Source of the DNA: Schizochytrium sp. TIO01
Taxonomy: Eukaryota; Protista; Bigyra: Labyrinthulomycetes
Length of the DNA: 64,000 bases
Reading direction: 5' to 3'
Assembly: GCA_004764695.1 (NCBI GenBank)
Contig: SMSO01000032.1
Location: forward strand, 5,736,483-5,800,482
Position numbers and translations under genes: made by a program
Shown here: in pieces, positions 1 to 9,859 of the stretch
Numbering within the stretch: position 1 is the stretch's first letter
How the letters are laid out: each line of letters opens with the position of its first letter
Notes under the pieces: generated by a model
What the model was told of the DNA's origin: nothing
Databases searched by the model: none
What the model saw: the letters and a program-made list of their open reading frames with translations, nothing else

Positions 1-1
1 G

Positions 2-268
2 CAATATGATTTGACTTATACAATGGTAGTGACACGCAAATGGATTTGGGAAATGAGGCTTCGATATAGACAAACACGCTATCAAAATGCACAATGCTAT
101 GTCACTGGGTGTTTGCTAAGGGAGCTCCTGAATCATCTAGATTTGGAAATTGAAAATATGGGGTTCGGACATTTTTACAAAGATAATGCTACATCTATTG
201 CTCCATTGTACGCGAAAGATCAATACTTGGACGAGCTTCGTCGCAAATTTAGTGATAACCTAACCTAA
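2..268 (+). CDS. Hypothetical protein, 5'-truncated by the window edge
   Basis: Frame is open from position 2 to the stop at 268; no recognisable motif. Confidence 0.5.
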   Translation, partial: QYDLTYTMVVTRKWIWEMRLRYRQTRYQNAQCYVTGCLLRELLNHLDLEIENMGFGHFYKDNATSIAPLYAKDQYLDELRRKFSDNLT

Positions 269-380
269 CCTAAACGCTAACACCAACGCCTACGCCTACG
301 CCGATGCGTTTCGTACGCAATTGAAGGTTCAACATGAAGGCTTCAAGTGCTTTATATTATATGCAAACCCCTAACCCTCA

Positions 381-1040
381 ATGAAACTTGTTGTGTTGAG
401 TGATACTCATAATCGTCACCACGAGATCCATTCCCTACCAAGAGGCGACGTCATTATCCATTGTGGTGACGCTTGTAATGTTGGTACGTGGGAGGAACTC
501 GACTCTTTTCTTTTTTGGTTCACCAATTTACCACATAAATACAAAATTTTTGTTCCTGGAAACCACGAATTTCATCATAATGACTACCATACTTGCATTG
601 CTTTCCTTTGTGCGTATAGAGAAAAAGCTCCAAACTTTCACGTATTAATGGACTCAGGAGTTGAGATTAATGGGCTATACTTTTATGGCTCACCATATTG
701 CAATGGTGCACACCACGTCATGAAGAAATGGTCTTTCTATGTTGAAAGCGATAATGTAAGAGAAGCTTTGTGGGCTAAAATCCCACACGGCACAAATGTA
801 ATTATCACCCATATTCCACCATTTGATATGCTCGATAATGGTCTTGGGTGCAAACAACTCATGAAAAGAATACTCCAAATAAAACCTATAATACATTGCT
901 TTGGTCACATTCACGAAAAGAATGGTCAAGTTCTTCTTAACCATAGTCAAGATAATACGACTACCACCTTCATTAATGCCTCATGCTACCTAGATGATAG
1001 ATGTAAATTGATAGATCCCAAGATTATCTTTATTTATTAG
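381..1040 (+). CDS. Calcineurin-like metallophosphoesterase (MPPED-like)
   Basis: Motifs SDTH, HCGD, GNHE, THIPP and FGHIHE in canonical order. Confidence 0.9.
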   Translation: MKLVVLSDTHNRHHEIHSLPRGDVIIHCGDACNVGTWEELDSFLFWFTNLPHKYKIFVPGNHEFHHNDYHTCIAFLCAYREKAPNFHVLMDSGVEINGLYFYGSPYCNGAHHVMKKWSFYVESDNVREALWAKIPHGTNVIITHIPPFDMLDNGLGCKQLMKRILQIKPIIHCFGHIHEKNGQVLLNHSQDNTTTTFINASCYLDDRCKLIDPKIIFIY

Positions 1041-1134
1041 AGATTCGCTTTATAAGGCGCTTGCTTTGACGACGAGCATACATGAGATTTTTCTCCGATT
1101 GAGCAGCTTCACATATAGGATCATGCACTCATTC

Positions 1135-1452
1135 TTACGTCTTTGCGAATTTATCCGATAACAATTTAAATAGACCGAGTACTGCTAAACAGAATGGAAT
1201 AAATTCCACCAATTCAGAAAGTTTTTCTTTGGCATCTAATACTTTACAATTCAAATCCACATTACTAAGGACTTGAGAATAATCATCATCCTGAAACACG
1301 ATAGGTACTATGGACATATCTCCTCCAATGTCTGCAACAAACCCAGATGGATACTCTACACGCATGACTCCATCTGTAATATCACTTACAATGATATCTT
1401 CGTTCTTGAAGGTGTGCTTGAGAATCAGATACAATGCTCGCTCGAGACTCAT
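1135..1452 (-). CDS. Truncated paralog of 1664-2251 (possible pseudogene)
   Basis: MSLERALYLILK...EDIIVSDITDGVMRVEYPSGFVADIGGD aligns with the next ORF. An internal deletion separates it from the remnant 3' end at ~1031-1114. First ATG is at 1452. Confidence 0.6.
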   Translation of the reverse strand: MSLERALYLILKHTFKNEDIIVSDITDGVMRVEYPSGFVADIGGDMSIVPIVFQDDDYSQVLSNVDLNCKVLDAKEKLSELVEFIPFCLAVLGLFKLLSDKFAKT

Positions 1453-1485
1453 GATGCTCAACAGAAGTGAGTTAAGGTTTTGCTT

Positions 1486-1636
1486 TTACAAGCTCTGGAG
1501 TAATATATACTTATTATATATAATAATCCAAGAGGCCATTCGTAAAGTTCTTTCTAAACAATCAATTGGAGTCCCGACGCACCGAACTTTATCCCAAAGA
1601 CTAGGACCATGGTAGGGTAATTAGCAAGGATCAATG
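1486..1636 (-). pseudogene. Duplicated 3' fragment of the 2286-3659 gene
   Basis: Nucleotide match to ~2286-2438 with substitutions and indels; no start codon. Confidence 0.7.
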
Positions 1637-1663
1637 CTAAATTGATAGATCCCAAGATTATCT

Positions 1664-2251
1664 TTATTTATTAGAGATTCGCTTTATAAGGCGCTTGTTT
1701 TGACGACGAGCATACCTGAGATTTTTCTCCGATTGAGCAGCTTCACATCGAAGACCATGCAAAGTCACAGCCAGCGTAGTCGAAATATCAGGGTGGAGCT
1801 CAAACATACGCTCGACCGCTTGACACGTTTCAGAAATCATTTTTCCACGATCATCCACGCTATGTTGCTTAGGTGCTTTCAAATCTTTAATCAAGCGCCT
1901 GTTCTTACGTCTTACCACACGAAGTTGTTCCCTGGTATTCTTAATAGAATAATTGTAGGTGTTGATTGGTTGCACGAAAGTTTCTAAAAAGAGTGGAAAT
2001 ATTTCCAGGAGTCCAGATAGTTTATCTTTCGCATCTGTTACCTTACGAATCAGATCCTCATTGCTAAGAACTTGAGGATACTCGTCAACACGGAACACGA
2101 TAGGTACTATTAACTTATCTCCTCCAATTTCTGCAACAAACCCAGAGGGATACTTTACACGTAGAACTCCCTCTGTAATATCACTTACAATGATATCTTC
2201 ATTCTCGAATATGGACTTGAGAATCAAGCACAATGCTTGCTTTAGACTCAT
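1664..2251 (-). CDS. Hypothetical protein with basic coiled-coil C-terminus
   Basis: Long ORF, first ATG at 2251; internal repeat (VRRKNRRLIK / ARRQNKRLIK); the recurrent upstream motif precedes it. Confidence 0.75.
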   Translation of the reverse strand: MSLKQALCLILKSIFENEDIIVSDITEGVLRVKYPSGFVAEIGGDKLIVPIVFRVDEYPQVLSNEDLIRKVTDAKDKLSGLLEIFPLFLETFVQPINTYNYSIKNTREQLRVVRRKNRRLIKDLKAPKQHSVDDRGKMISETCQAVERMFELHPDISTTLAVTLHGLRCEAAQSEKNLRYARRQNKRLIKRISNK

Positions 2252-2285
2252 TATGATCAACCGAGTCGAGTTAAGGTTTTGCTTT

Positions 2286-3659
2286 CTACAAACTCTGGAG
2301 TATTCTATAATTATTATTTGAAACCATCCAAGAGGCCATTCGTCGAGTTCTTTCTAAGCAATCAATTGGAGTCCCGAAGCACTGAACTTTATCCCAGAGA
2401 CTAGGGTCCATGGTAGGGTAATTAGCCACGATCCATGCAAAACTGGCACAGTGTGTAACACAATAGCCAGCGTCTAATTTGGAAGACCGACCAACACCAA
2501 GCCACACCTCAATACGCGCTTGAATTCCATCTGATAGTTGGTAATTCCGCGGAGAGTTATAAGAATAGTCTCTACCCAAATGGTGATGAACAAAATCTTC
2601 CAAATATCTATCCAAACTTCTTTGATCGTACTCCAAATTTAAAGTGCCATGAGGCTCATAGCGATACACTCTTCGCCGCGTGTTGTCTACAATAATAAGA
2701 TTTGCGTGACCACCCTCCTCCCAGGCCATGTCAACAATGTTGATCCACCCAATGACAATAGCCGAACGCTGTGTAGATACAGATCCATTTTCCAATTGTT
2801 CTAGAATACCAGGACTTTGACTAGTAATTTCGGTATTCTCTACTTCTACTACCCGATTCATGAAGCTATCAACACGCAACTTCCTTGGAGTACCATTGAT
2901 AGATGCAACTTTGGGATAATACTTACGATTAATAATACTTCCAATCTTACCTAGAACAACTGGAGAACCTCTAGCATGTTGATACCCCTTATCCGAAAAG
3001 CCAAAGCGGTCAAAAATTTTCAAGTTCCCACGTCGGTTTAACTTCACAGAATTCCCTATATCACTTTCATAGAGACGACATTGTGGTAAGGTCCATTTCT
3101 TAAGAGTTGTAGTGTAAGCCGTATAGATAATTGGCTTTATGAGTTTCCGGAAATGTTCCCCGAACAAGACCTGTTCTTCATACTGGTGAAAAAGCTCGAG
3201 CTTTTTCCTAACACTTTTTGTTTTTCTAATCGATAGAACAACTTGCTCCACCGGGCTATTCTTCAAAATTTTCCCGAAACGTTCTCCGAATGTAAGCATC
3301 AATGTAGCCTGTAAAATCATCGACTTGGTATGAAAGTACTGCTTCAGCAATTCCCTAGGAACATTCCGGTCTCCATGTCGAAACTGAGTAGATAGATGCT
3401 TATACATTTCCAACTCAATCTCATAAATTGCCTCATGCATCTTATTATAAAGACGGTAGCGACGTCTCATTGTGGTAAACACCATGACTGCATTCATACT
3501 TAAGTTATCTACCTTATCCAATCCATGTTTAAGGTGAGTCCTATAAACTGAACCCAACAAACCAACAACCGAAATCATGTAGTTTTCTAATCTATCAATA
3601 TGAATATAGCGAGTGGACCTGTAAGGTGCATATTTTTGTTCTAACTCCTTGGTATTCAT
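2286..3659 (-). CDS. Putative clan CE-like cysteine protease
   Basis: GGHANLIIVD..RRVYRYEPHG ... GIQ ... AGYCVTHC gives His-Glu-Gln-Cys in adenain/Ulp1 order. Confidence 0.6.
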   Translation of the reverse strand: MNTKELEQKYAPYRSTRYIHIDRLENYMISVVGLLGSVYRTHLKHGLDKVDNLSMNAVMVFTTMRRRYRLYNKMHEAIYEIELEMYKHLSTQFRHGDRNVPRELLKQYFHTKSMILQATLMLTFGERFGKILKNSPVEQVVLSIRKTKSVRKKLELFHQYEEQVLFGEHFRKLIKPIIYTAYTTTLKKWTLPQCRLYESDIGNSVKLNRRGNLKIFDRFGFSDKGYQHARGSPVVLGKIGSIINRKYYPKVASINGTPRKLRVDSFMNRVVEVENTEITSQSPGILEQLENGSVSTQRSAIVIGWINIVDMAWEEGGHANLIIVDNTRRRVYRYEPHGTLNLEYDQRSLDRYLEDFVHHHLGRDYSYNSPRNYQLSDGIQARIEVWLGVGRSSKLDAGYCVTHCASFAWIVANYPTMDPSLWDKVQCFGTPIDCLERTRRMASWMVSNNNYRILQSL

Positions 3660-3821
3660 CCTATGGTAGTATTAATACCACTCGTGATTATAAATATATT
3701 CTTATTATTTATAGTCCATTTTTTAGCCGCATGGGTGTCAAGAAGGAGTACACTTGGTTTGCTCTAGTACTTAATATTAGTCACTTAACATAACCAATCA
3801 TAACGTTTATACTATATATGG

Positions 3822-4102
3822 ACTTGTAGTAGTTTGAAAATCACAAGTAGCCCTGGGTCCCTACCCTCGGGTGCCGCCATTCTGAGGATTCTTTGATAGG
3901 AGGTAATATGGTGGGGGTAGAATAGACATGCGATTATCGATTTTGAAATCCCAAAAATTCAAATTCTCAACCCAAAACTCCAACTCTCCCATATTAAAGT
4001 GACTTTTTCTCCGCAGAAAATCTAGATAGAGACCCCTGCACCGAAAAAATAGGTATCGCTTTTATCGCTTTTATCGCTTTTATCGCTTTTATTAGGGGGG
4101 TA
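3822..4102 (+). repeat. Dispersed ~280-bp element, copy 1 (subtype A)
   Basis: ACTTGTAGTA...GGGTCCCTACCCTCGGGTGCCGCC...(TATCGCTTT)x4 TATTAGGGGGGTA; near-identical to copies 2-4. Confidence 0.95.
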
Positions 4103-4175
4103 TGATGTAAGTATAAGTTTATGGTTTAGTTTATATACCATACTAGTTGAATAGCACTCAACAAAGTGAACTTTG

Positions 4176-4682
4176 TTATTTCGTGTGATGTGTGCACACA
4201 CAATCTTCACATTTTGATTGCGAGCAAGATTTGCATTTTGTTAAATGCGAGTAGTTTTTTTCGCATTCGTTACTCGTGCAATATTTATTAGCAACAAGTC
4301 CACATGTAATACACTTTATATACCCAGTTACATCAATGCAAGATTCGCAATAATCAAATCTTACGACTTTCGAACAAGCTTTACATATATCATTGCTTTT
4401 TGTGTAAAGCTCATCACATCGATAACAATCATTCGTGCAAAGTTCATAGCATTTATCACACACTATCCAGTGCGAAAGTCCTGGGGTTGCTCTTAGTGAA
4501 CAATCCCCTTCACAACATATAAGAGCTTCACAACACACACATTCATCGGGAGATGAAGCTGCGTTCAAGTCTTGATCGCAATTTGGGCAAGGGTCGTAAT
4601 TCTCCTTTACCTCAATACACTTTTCACAAAGATATTCGTCCGGGACATTACGCACGTCGCGTTTGCAGCACGAGAGAGACAT
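4176..4682 (-). CDS. Cysteine-rich protein (many CxxC pairs)
   Basis: About 30 Cys in 168 aa; lies between repeat copies 1 and 2. Confidence 0.7.
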   Translation of the reverse strand: MSLSCCKRDVRNVPDEYLCEKCIEVKENYDPCPNCDQDLNAASSPDECVCCEALICCEGDCSLRATPGLSHWIVCDKCYELCTNDCYRCDELYTKSNDICKACSKVVRFDYCESCIDVTGYIKCITCGLVANKYCTSNECEKNYSHLTKCKSCSQSKCEDCVCTHHTK

Positions 4683-4963
4683 ATTACCTCAGTTTGGTCT
4701 TTAGATTTGTGATAGGTGAGGGACGTTCAATTGGGTTTTTGGGTTACATTAGAGTCTTTGATTTTAGTTATTCTTTGGGGAAATAAGAAACTACGAGAGT
4801 TTAGTTATTTGGAAAGATTATTTTCCTTCGAGAAGATTGTGAAATCTTCACTCATGAGAGTTTGTTGAATCGTCTCTCAGGAGAGTTTGTTGAAAAGAGC
4901 CGACACGGGTATACCAGTTGGTTCCACCGAGACACATATTAACGCGGAATGTAGGCATGTAAA

Positions 4964-5243
4964 ACTTGTAGTATTTGAAAAATCACAAGTAGCACTGGGT
5001 CCCTACCCTCGGGTGCCGCCATTCTGAGGATTCTTTGATAGGAGGTAATATGGTGGGGGTAGAATAGACATGCTATTATCGATTTTGAAATCCCAAAAAT
5101 TCAAATTCTCAACCCAAAACTCCAACTCCCTCATATTAAAGTGACTTTTCTCTGCAGAAAATCTAGATAGAGACCCATGTACTTTTCAAAAAGGTATCGC
5201 TTTTATCGCTTTTATCGCTTTTATCGCTTTTATTAGGGGGGTA
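4964..5243 (+). repeat. Dispersed ~280-bp element, copy 2 (subtype B); weaker homology extends back to ~4881
   Basis: Direct repeat of copy 1; upstream AAAAGAGCCGACACGGG..ATACCA..TGGTTCCA is shared with copies 3 and 4. Confidence 0.95.
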
Positions 5244-5411
5244 GGGAATAAGTTGCAAATATATAGTTTCACATTCCCTGTGTTCCCTCAATTAATACCT
5301 GACCCTCTTTCTTTCAAATAAAATGAATATCAATTAATAATGAAAACAATAATCATCATAGAATATAGAGTATAGAGGAGATGAAGACGAAATATTCAAA
5401 TATCTATATTG

Positions 5412-6404
5412 TTAATTAATTAAGAATTCAATTACATATTCATCATATCGCTTGAGAACCTCTGTGATATAAAAATCTATGAAAGCCTTATAAACAATAG
5501 AAGACTGATCTGAGTAGAAAGGCTCTCTCAATAATTTTATAGTGTACCCAGATTTCTCAATAGTTCTTTGATTTGTAACCCACTTTTTGTTCTCATATAA
5601 CCTAACCACTTCCCATCTCACAAGGTAGTTCGTTCCATTATTGATATAGTACTCGAGTAGTTGTTTGCATAAGCTGTCATGTGTGGAATCATCAACAAGG
5701 ATTGAGGCTGGGATTTCACAGTCAGGTAACTCTATGAATTTTTGCAACACTCTTTTCCTTAGATCTTCGGCGACCGAGTCTCTGTAGTCTGCAATATTAC
5801 AGAGTATAATTAGGCTATACAAGGCAACACCAGAAGACATAAGACTTGTCAAATATTGAATTAGCTCTGTCTTGTAAGAGTACCTGACGACTTCTCCTAA
5901 TGCCTGTACCAGTACCCAACACCGTTCAATCATGAGAGAATCCATAGATGCAACGATAAAGTTCCATACATCTTCGTCTTTTTCAGTAATGCCACCTTGA
6001 GCACCGCATCGTTCCAAAATCACTAACCAATCACAAAGATGACTATCAGTAATGAAGTTGTCTTGGTCTTTGAGAAATTCTTTTGCATCCGTGAGACCTT
6101 CAACGGTCAGCAAATATCTAACAATCTCCAGGTTCGGACACTCAAATAGTGCTCTTCGTACGGATGGAACATTAAAATTTTCTTGTGGATCAATTTTGAT
6201 AATTTCTCGGATGAACTCAAGGTCACCCTTTGGCAAAAAATCAATAAGTAAGTTACGTAAAGGTTGCGTCTTATACTCTAATCGCTTTACCTCCACAATC
6301 CGTTTACCCAATTCATTGGCATCAGACACATTGAACTTACGTCTCTCACGTGAACTCCATTCACCTGGCCACCCGTCAATAATCGAATTCATAAAATCCA
6401 CCAT
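5412..6404 (-). CDS. Hypothetical helical protein
   Basis: Long ORF; first ATG at 6404 lies immediately after the CAGCAAACCCCTA motif. Confidence 0.75.
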   Translation of the reverse strand: MVDFMNSIIDGWPGEWSSRERRKFNVSDANELGKRIVEVKRLEYKTQPLRNLLIDFLPKGDLEFIREIIKIDPQENFNVPSVRRALFECPNLEIVRYLLTVEGLTDAKEFLKDQDNFITDSHLCDWLVILERCGAQGGITEKDEDVWNFIVASMDSLMIERCWVLVQALGEVVRYSYKTELIQYLTSLMSSGVALYSLIILCNIADYRDSVAEDLRKRVLQKFIELPDCEIPASILVDDSTHDSLCKQLLEYYINNGTNYLVRWEVVRLYENKKWVTNQRTIEKSGYTIKLLREPFYSDQSSIVYKAFIDFYITEVLKRYDEYVIEFLIN

Positions 6405-6494
6405 TAGGGGTTTGCTGCTCACCTGATGCTTAGTTTATACTCAGGTCTAAACAATCGCACATATACTTTTTTGTGGTCAGCAAATCCCTAACTC
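6404..6494. promoter_or_regulatory. Divergent pair of the recurrent motif
   Basis: CAGCAAACCCCTAA on the minus strand (6404-6417) and CAGCAAATCCCTAAC on the plus strand (6478-6492), each just before a start codon. Confidence 0.6.
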
Positions 6495-6506
6495 AAGGAA
6501 TTCGAT

Positions 6507-7184
6507 ATGATTTGTATTGTAAGAGCTAGTATTCTATTAGCATTTGTGACACTCACATTCGCAAGTGAGTTTACTGATAAGATGAAGGAAACATGTCACG
6601 AATATAATTCAAACGCGACCACATGTATGACCTTTGATCACATTTGCAATTGGAATGGTGAAACATGCGAATATATTGGACAGACAACTATACCTACTAT
6701 GAGCCCGACCTTTAGCCCGTCAAAGAGACCAACAAAGAGACCAACAAAGAGGCCATCTAGCATATCACCTACCACTCTACCTACCGAAACTCCTACCACT
6801 CTACCTACCTCACTGCCTACCGAAATTCCTACCACTCTGTCCACCACTTTGCCTACCTCACTGCCTACCACTTTGCCTACCAACAATCCTATCACTCTGG
6901 CTACCGAAATTCCTACCACTATGCCTACCAATTTTACATACATCACCCCTAGTAGTTCCCCTACAAATAAACCCTCACACCCTTCAACATACTCACCATC
7001 TAGTTTGCCATCCAATTCGCCATCAATTGCCCCGAGTGAACTCGACAACGCGAGTGAAACTACATCGAGCAGTCAAGAGAGTAGATTGAAGAATTTTAAA
7101 ATTGTTATGGGGGTCTTCGTTGGATTGTGCGGCCTTCTTATCATAGTACTAGGAATTATCCTAGTTAACAAGAATAGCACCTAG
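6507..7184 (+). CDS. Type I membrane protein with mucin-like PT repeats
   Basis: Signal peptide, small Cys-rich domain, PTTL/PTSL/PTEI repeats, C-terminal transmembrane helix. Confidence 0.8.
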   Translation: MICIVRASILLAFVTLTFASEFTDKMKETCHEYNSNATTCMTFDHICNWNGETCEYIGQTTIPTMSPTFSPSKRPTKRPTKRPSSISPTTLPTETPTTLPTSLPTEIPTTLSTTLPTSLPTTLPTNNPITLATEIPTTMPTNFTYITPSSSPTNKPSHPSTYSPSSLPSNSPSIAPSELDNASETTSSSQESRLKNFKIVMGVFVGLCGLLIIVLGIILVNKNST

Positions 7185-8558
7185 CTTAGCGCGTTTATTC
7201 GAAAGAAACTTTTCATTTGCTGCCGTGACCCTTGAATAGAAGTCCTTGACTGACTTGGAAGTTGTAACCTTCTTCGGGTGAAAATTTATCACTTGCATGT
7301 TTGCAAGCGTACGGCCACGCGATAAAGCAACGTATACCATGGCATCACAAAAGGATCCACGCAAATCGACACTGAGAAGGTCGATTGTCATACCCTGACT
7401 TTTGTGCACAGTAAGCGACCATGCATAGCGAAGCGGAACTTGTGCACGTTTAGCAACTGTCACATCATGTTCGCCCTTGATTTCCTCGACGATCACCGGA
7501 ATTGAATCAACGGTTCCATCTAGAAAGCGCACCTTGACACTCCCATTCTCATCAAGGCCTAGGACAACACACCGGGTTCCATTCGATCTTCCGTTAAGAA
7601 CATCTATATTCCAGTTGAGCATAACTTGGGCTCCATTGCACAACTTAATGTTCTCGGCAAGACGAAAGGAACGGCCGTGTACTTTCTTCATTTTCTCATC
7701 GAGAAACCAGTCTTCACTGGTAAATTCCTTCACAAAGTATTTATTACCTTCCGCATCAGCTTCGCAGCCTTGGTCAATGTGACCTTGCACATCCATTTCG
7801 ACCTTGTTATACTCCCGTTGGTTATCTTGCTCAACTTCAAAGACCCTGCAGAATAGCTTAGTAGGTTTGATGCCGGCATCATTCTCTAACTTATTATTTG
7901 CAAGATCCTGAATTTTGCTCACTGTTCCAGCGTTGAATTCAGCATGTCTGATCTCTTGCAGCAATCCCAAAAACGTAGGGTCTTGTTGGCGAAATACCTT
8001 GGTCAAGGTAATAGTTCTCTTGATAGTCTGCTCCCACAATGAGTCTTCAAAGAGATACCGCACAGGACCTGTCTTTGAAACAGGCGGCAACTGGAAGAAG
8101 TCTCCCACGAGGATGAGTTGAATGCCACCAAAAGGACACGGATTCCTTCTCAGCGACTTGCCTATGACGTTCAACTTTTCAAAAAAGTCTGGGTGGACCA
8201 TCGATACTTCATCAATGATAAGAGCATCGGTTTCTTTCCAACGGTCCTTTGTATTCTTGAAGCGAAAGACTTTTCTGACAAGCTGGTGCACACTTTCATT
8301 ACCAAGACCAACACCGGCCCAGGAATGGAGGGTGGAGCCTCCTATAGCTGCTGCGGCGATCCCAGTAGGTGCAACAATATGCACAGACTTGCCCAGAGCT
8401 TGTAGCTTGGCTCTGATCGTGTTGATAATGTAGGACTTACCCGTACCTGCTGGGCCGAGGATACAAACATTACTCCCATCTAGAGCTGTATTTATGGCCA
8501 AGAGTTGTTCATCACTAAAAGCTCCGTTGTTTTCGTCTTCTTCAAAAGCACGCTTCAT
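7161..8558 (-). CDS. PIF1: PIF1-family SF1B DNA helicase
   Basis: GPAGTGKS, APTGIAA, IIDEVSM, GDFFQLPP, LTKVFRQ, HKSQGMT and YVALSR motifs. Confidence 0.95.
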   Translation of the reverse strand: MKRAFEEDENNGAFSDEQLLAINTALDGSNVCILGPAGTGKSYIINTIRAKLQALGKSVHIVAPTGIAAAAIGGSTLHSWAGVGLGNESVHQLVRKVFRFKNTKDRWKETDALIIDEVSMVHPDFFEKLNVIGKSLRRNPCPFGGIQLILVGDFFQLPPVSKTGPVRYLFEDSLWEQTIKRTITLTKVFRQQDPTFLGLLQEIRHAEFNAGTVSKIQDLANNKLENDAGIKPTKLFCRVFEVEQDNQREYNKVEMDVQGHIDQGCEADAEGNKYFVKEFTSEDWFLDEKMKKVHGRSFRLAENIKLCNGAQVMLNWNIDVLNGRSNGTRCVVLGLDENGSVKVRFLDGTVDSIPVIVEEIKGEHDVTVAKRAQVPLRYAWSLTVHKSQGMTIDLLSVDLRGSFCDAMVYVALSRGRTLANMQVINFHPKKVTTSKSVKDFYSRVTAANEKFLSNKRAKLGAILVN

Positions 8559-8568
8559 GGTTGCTAAG

Positions 8569-8582
8569 TTTTGGGTTTGCTG
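8569..8582 (-). promoter_or_regulatory. Recurrent upstream motif (example before PIF1): CAGCAAACCCAAAA
   Basis: Related motif found upstream of about 18 ORFs in sense orientation. Confidence 0.6.
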
Positions 8583-8766
8583 CCGTCAGGCAATTCGAGT
8601 CTACCGTCCGCCGCCCATCTTGTAGAGCTTCTAGAAGAGTTTCGCGGAAGCAATCGGCTTTAATTACCCGCTTAGTTCCTCAAGAACTTTCAAAGAAAGA
8701 CATGCATGCTTCTAGAAGAATTTTTAAAGTGGCGTAAATAATTAAAGTGGTGTAATGAGTCTTTGA

Positions 8767-9306
8767 TTATAATCTAATTCTAGAGGTGACTTCATATGCA
8801 CGATCCAAAATATCCTCGTCATAATCAGAGTCGTCTACTATAATAGCAAGCCTACTATTGTCAATAATAAGACCGTAACGAATGATGTATAAAGCGTTCG
8901 TCACACGACGACAATTATATAGCTCAACGTCATTGAAAACGATCATACTATCTAAGTGGATTTCCTCTGGGTTGTTATTGGCATATTCGGAGGACATTTG
9001 GGCCATAGAGTTGAGTAGTTCTTTGTTTTCTTCAATCAAAACGCCTTGTGCGAGTTCACGTTCCTGCTCGCTAAAGGTTTCCAGGTACTTTATACATTTG
9101 TTTACAACTTTGCGGGAATCACATGAGAAGCATTCAATACCAATCTCTTTGAATTGATTAACGAGTGTTAATGGTATTAACCCACTTGTTTCACCATAGA
9201 AATCAGCAAATGCTTGACATGCTCTAGCCAGTTGTAGGTGCCTCTTCATATTCGACACATCCCAATTAGGGATTTGCTGGAATAGTTTCGTAGGTCTTGC
9301 TACCAT
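8767..9306 (-). CDS. Hypothetical protein
   Basis: ORF of ~180 aa, first ATG at 9306. Confidence 0.6.
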   Translation of the reverse strand: MVARPTKLFQQIPNWDVSNMKRHLQLARACQAFADFYGETSGLIPLTLVNQFKEIGIECFSCDSRKVVNKCIKYLETFSEQERELAQGVLIEENKELLNSMAQMSSEYANNNPEEIHLDSMIVFNDVELYNCRRVTNALYIIRYGLIIDNSRLAIIVDDSDYDEDILDRAYEVTSRIRL

Positions 9307-9763
9307 CAACTTCCCAACCACTTTTGGGCATTAAAGCAAAATAAATAGGAGGGAAAATTATCATCACAATTCCACTTAGGCAATATTCAGGGGTAGTTCC
9401 ATGAAGGATAGGATTCTGAATGACTAAAATGACTAAGTATATAGGATAGAATAATAGAGCCAGAATAAAACTAAGGATACGATAGTTTTTACCACTAGTA
9501 TCACGTAGAGGGAATATGCAAGACGCAATCATCATTAAGAGTTCCAAAGTCAGTAACATAAATGTAAGAGCCAGCATGATAATTTCATTATCCTTATTAG
9601 ATGTGTTTGCGCAAACCATGACCGTATTGCAATACTCATCAACGTCACAATCGTCGTCACCCGAGCAAGCCGTAATAACAAATGCCCTAGAGTAAGTAAT
9701 AGTTGCAAGTAGCACTATCATTGATAGTTGATGAAATCTCATAGTATTATAGTAGGAGTTCAT
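9266..9763 (-). CDS. Membrane protein with small Cys-rich ectodomain
   Basis: Signal peptide, CSGDDDCDVDEYC..C, then about 3 hydrophobic helices. Confidence 0.7.
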   Translation of the reverse strand: MNSYYNTMRFHQLSMIVLLATITYSRAFVITACSGDDDCDVDEYCNTVMVCANTSNKDNEIIMLALTFMLLTLELLMMIASCIFPLRDTSGKNYRILSFILALLFYPIYLVILVIQNPILHGTTPEYCLSGIVMIIFPPIYFALMPKSGWEVDGSKTYETIPANP

Positions 9764-9859
9764 ACATTAATTGAAGTTTTTACATAAGAAAACAAAAATA
9801 CAAGAACACTACCTCTAAAATGTCAAGCAAATCCCAAACGCTGGGAAGGGCATGCAAGT

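Larger units (their letters stand above)
1001..2438. repeat. Imperfect tandem duplication (~1001-1636 vs ~1637-2438)
   Basis: TAAATTGATAGATCCCAAGATTATCTTTATTTATTAGAGATTCGC occurs at ~1004 and ~1638; ~1486-1636 matches ~2286-2438. Confidence 0.9.

Noticed and set aside
3900-4000. Structured ncRNA via AATATGG/CCATATT pairing in the element
   Set aside because: Substitutions in copies 2 and 4 break the pairing rather than compensate, so an RNA structure is unsupported.
4022-4210. 62-aa ORF with SDKSDK repeats
   Set aside because: It is the translation of the non-coding 9-mer array and is not preserved as an ORF at the other copies.
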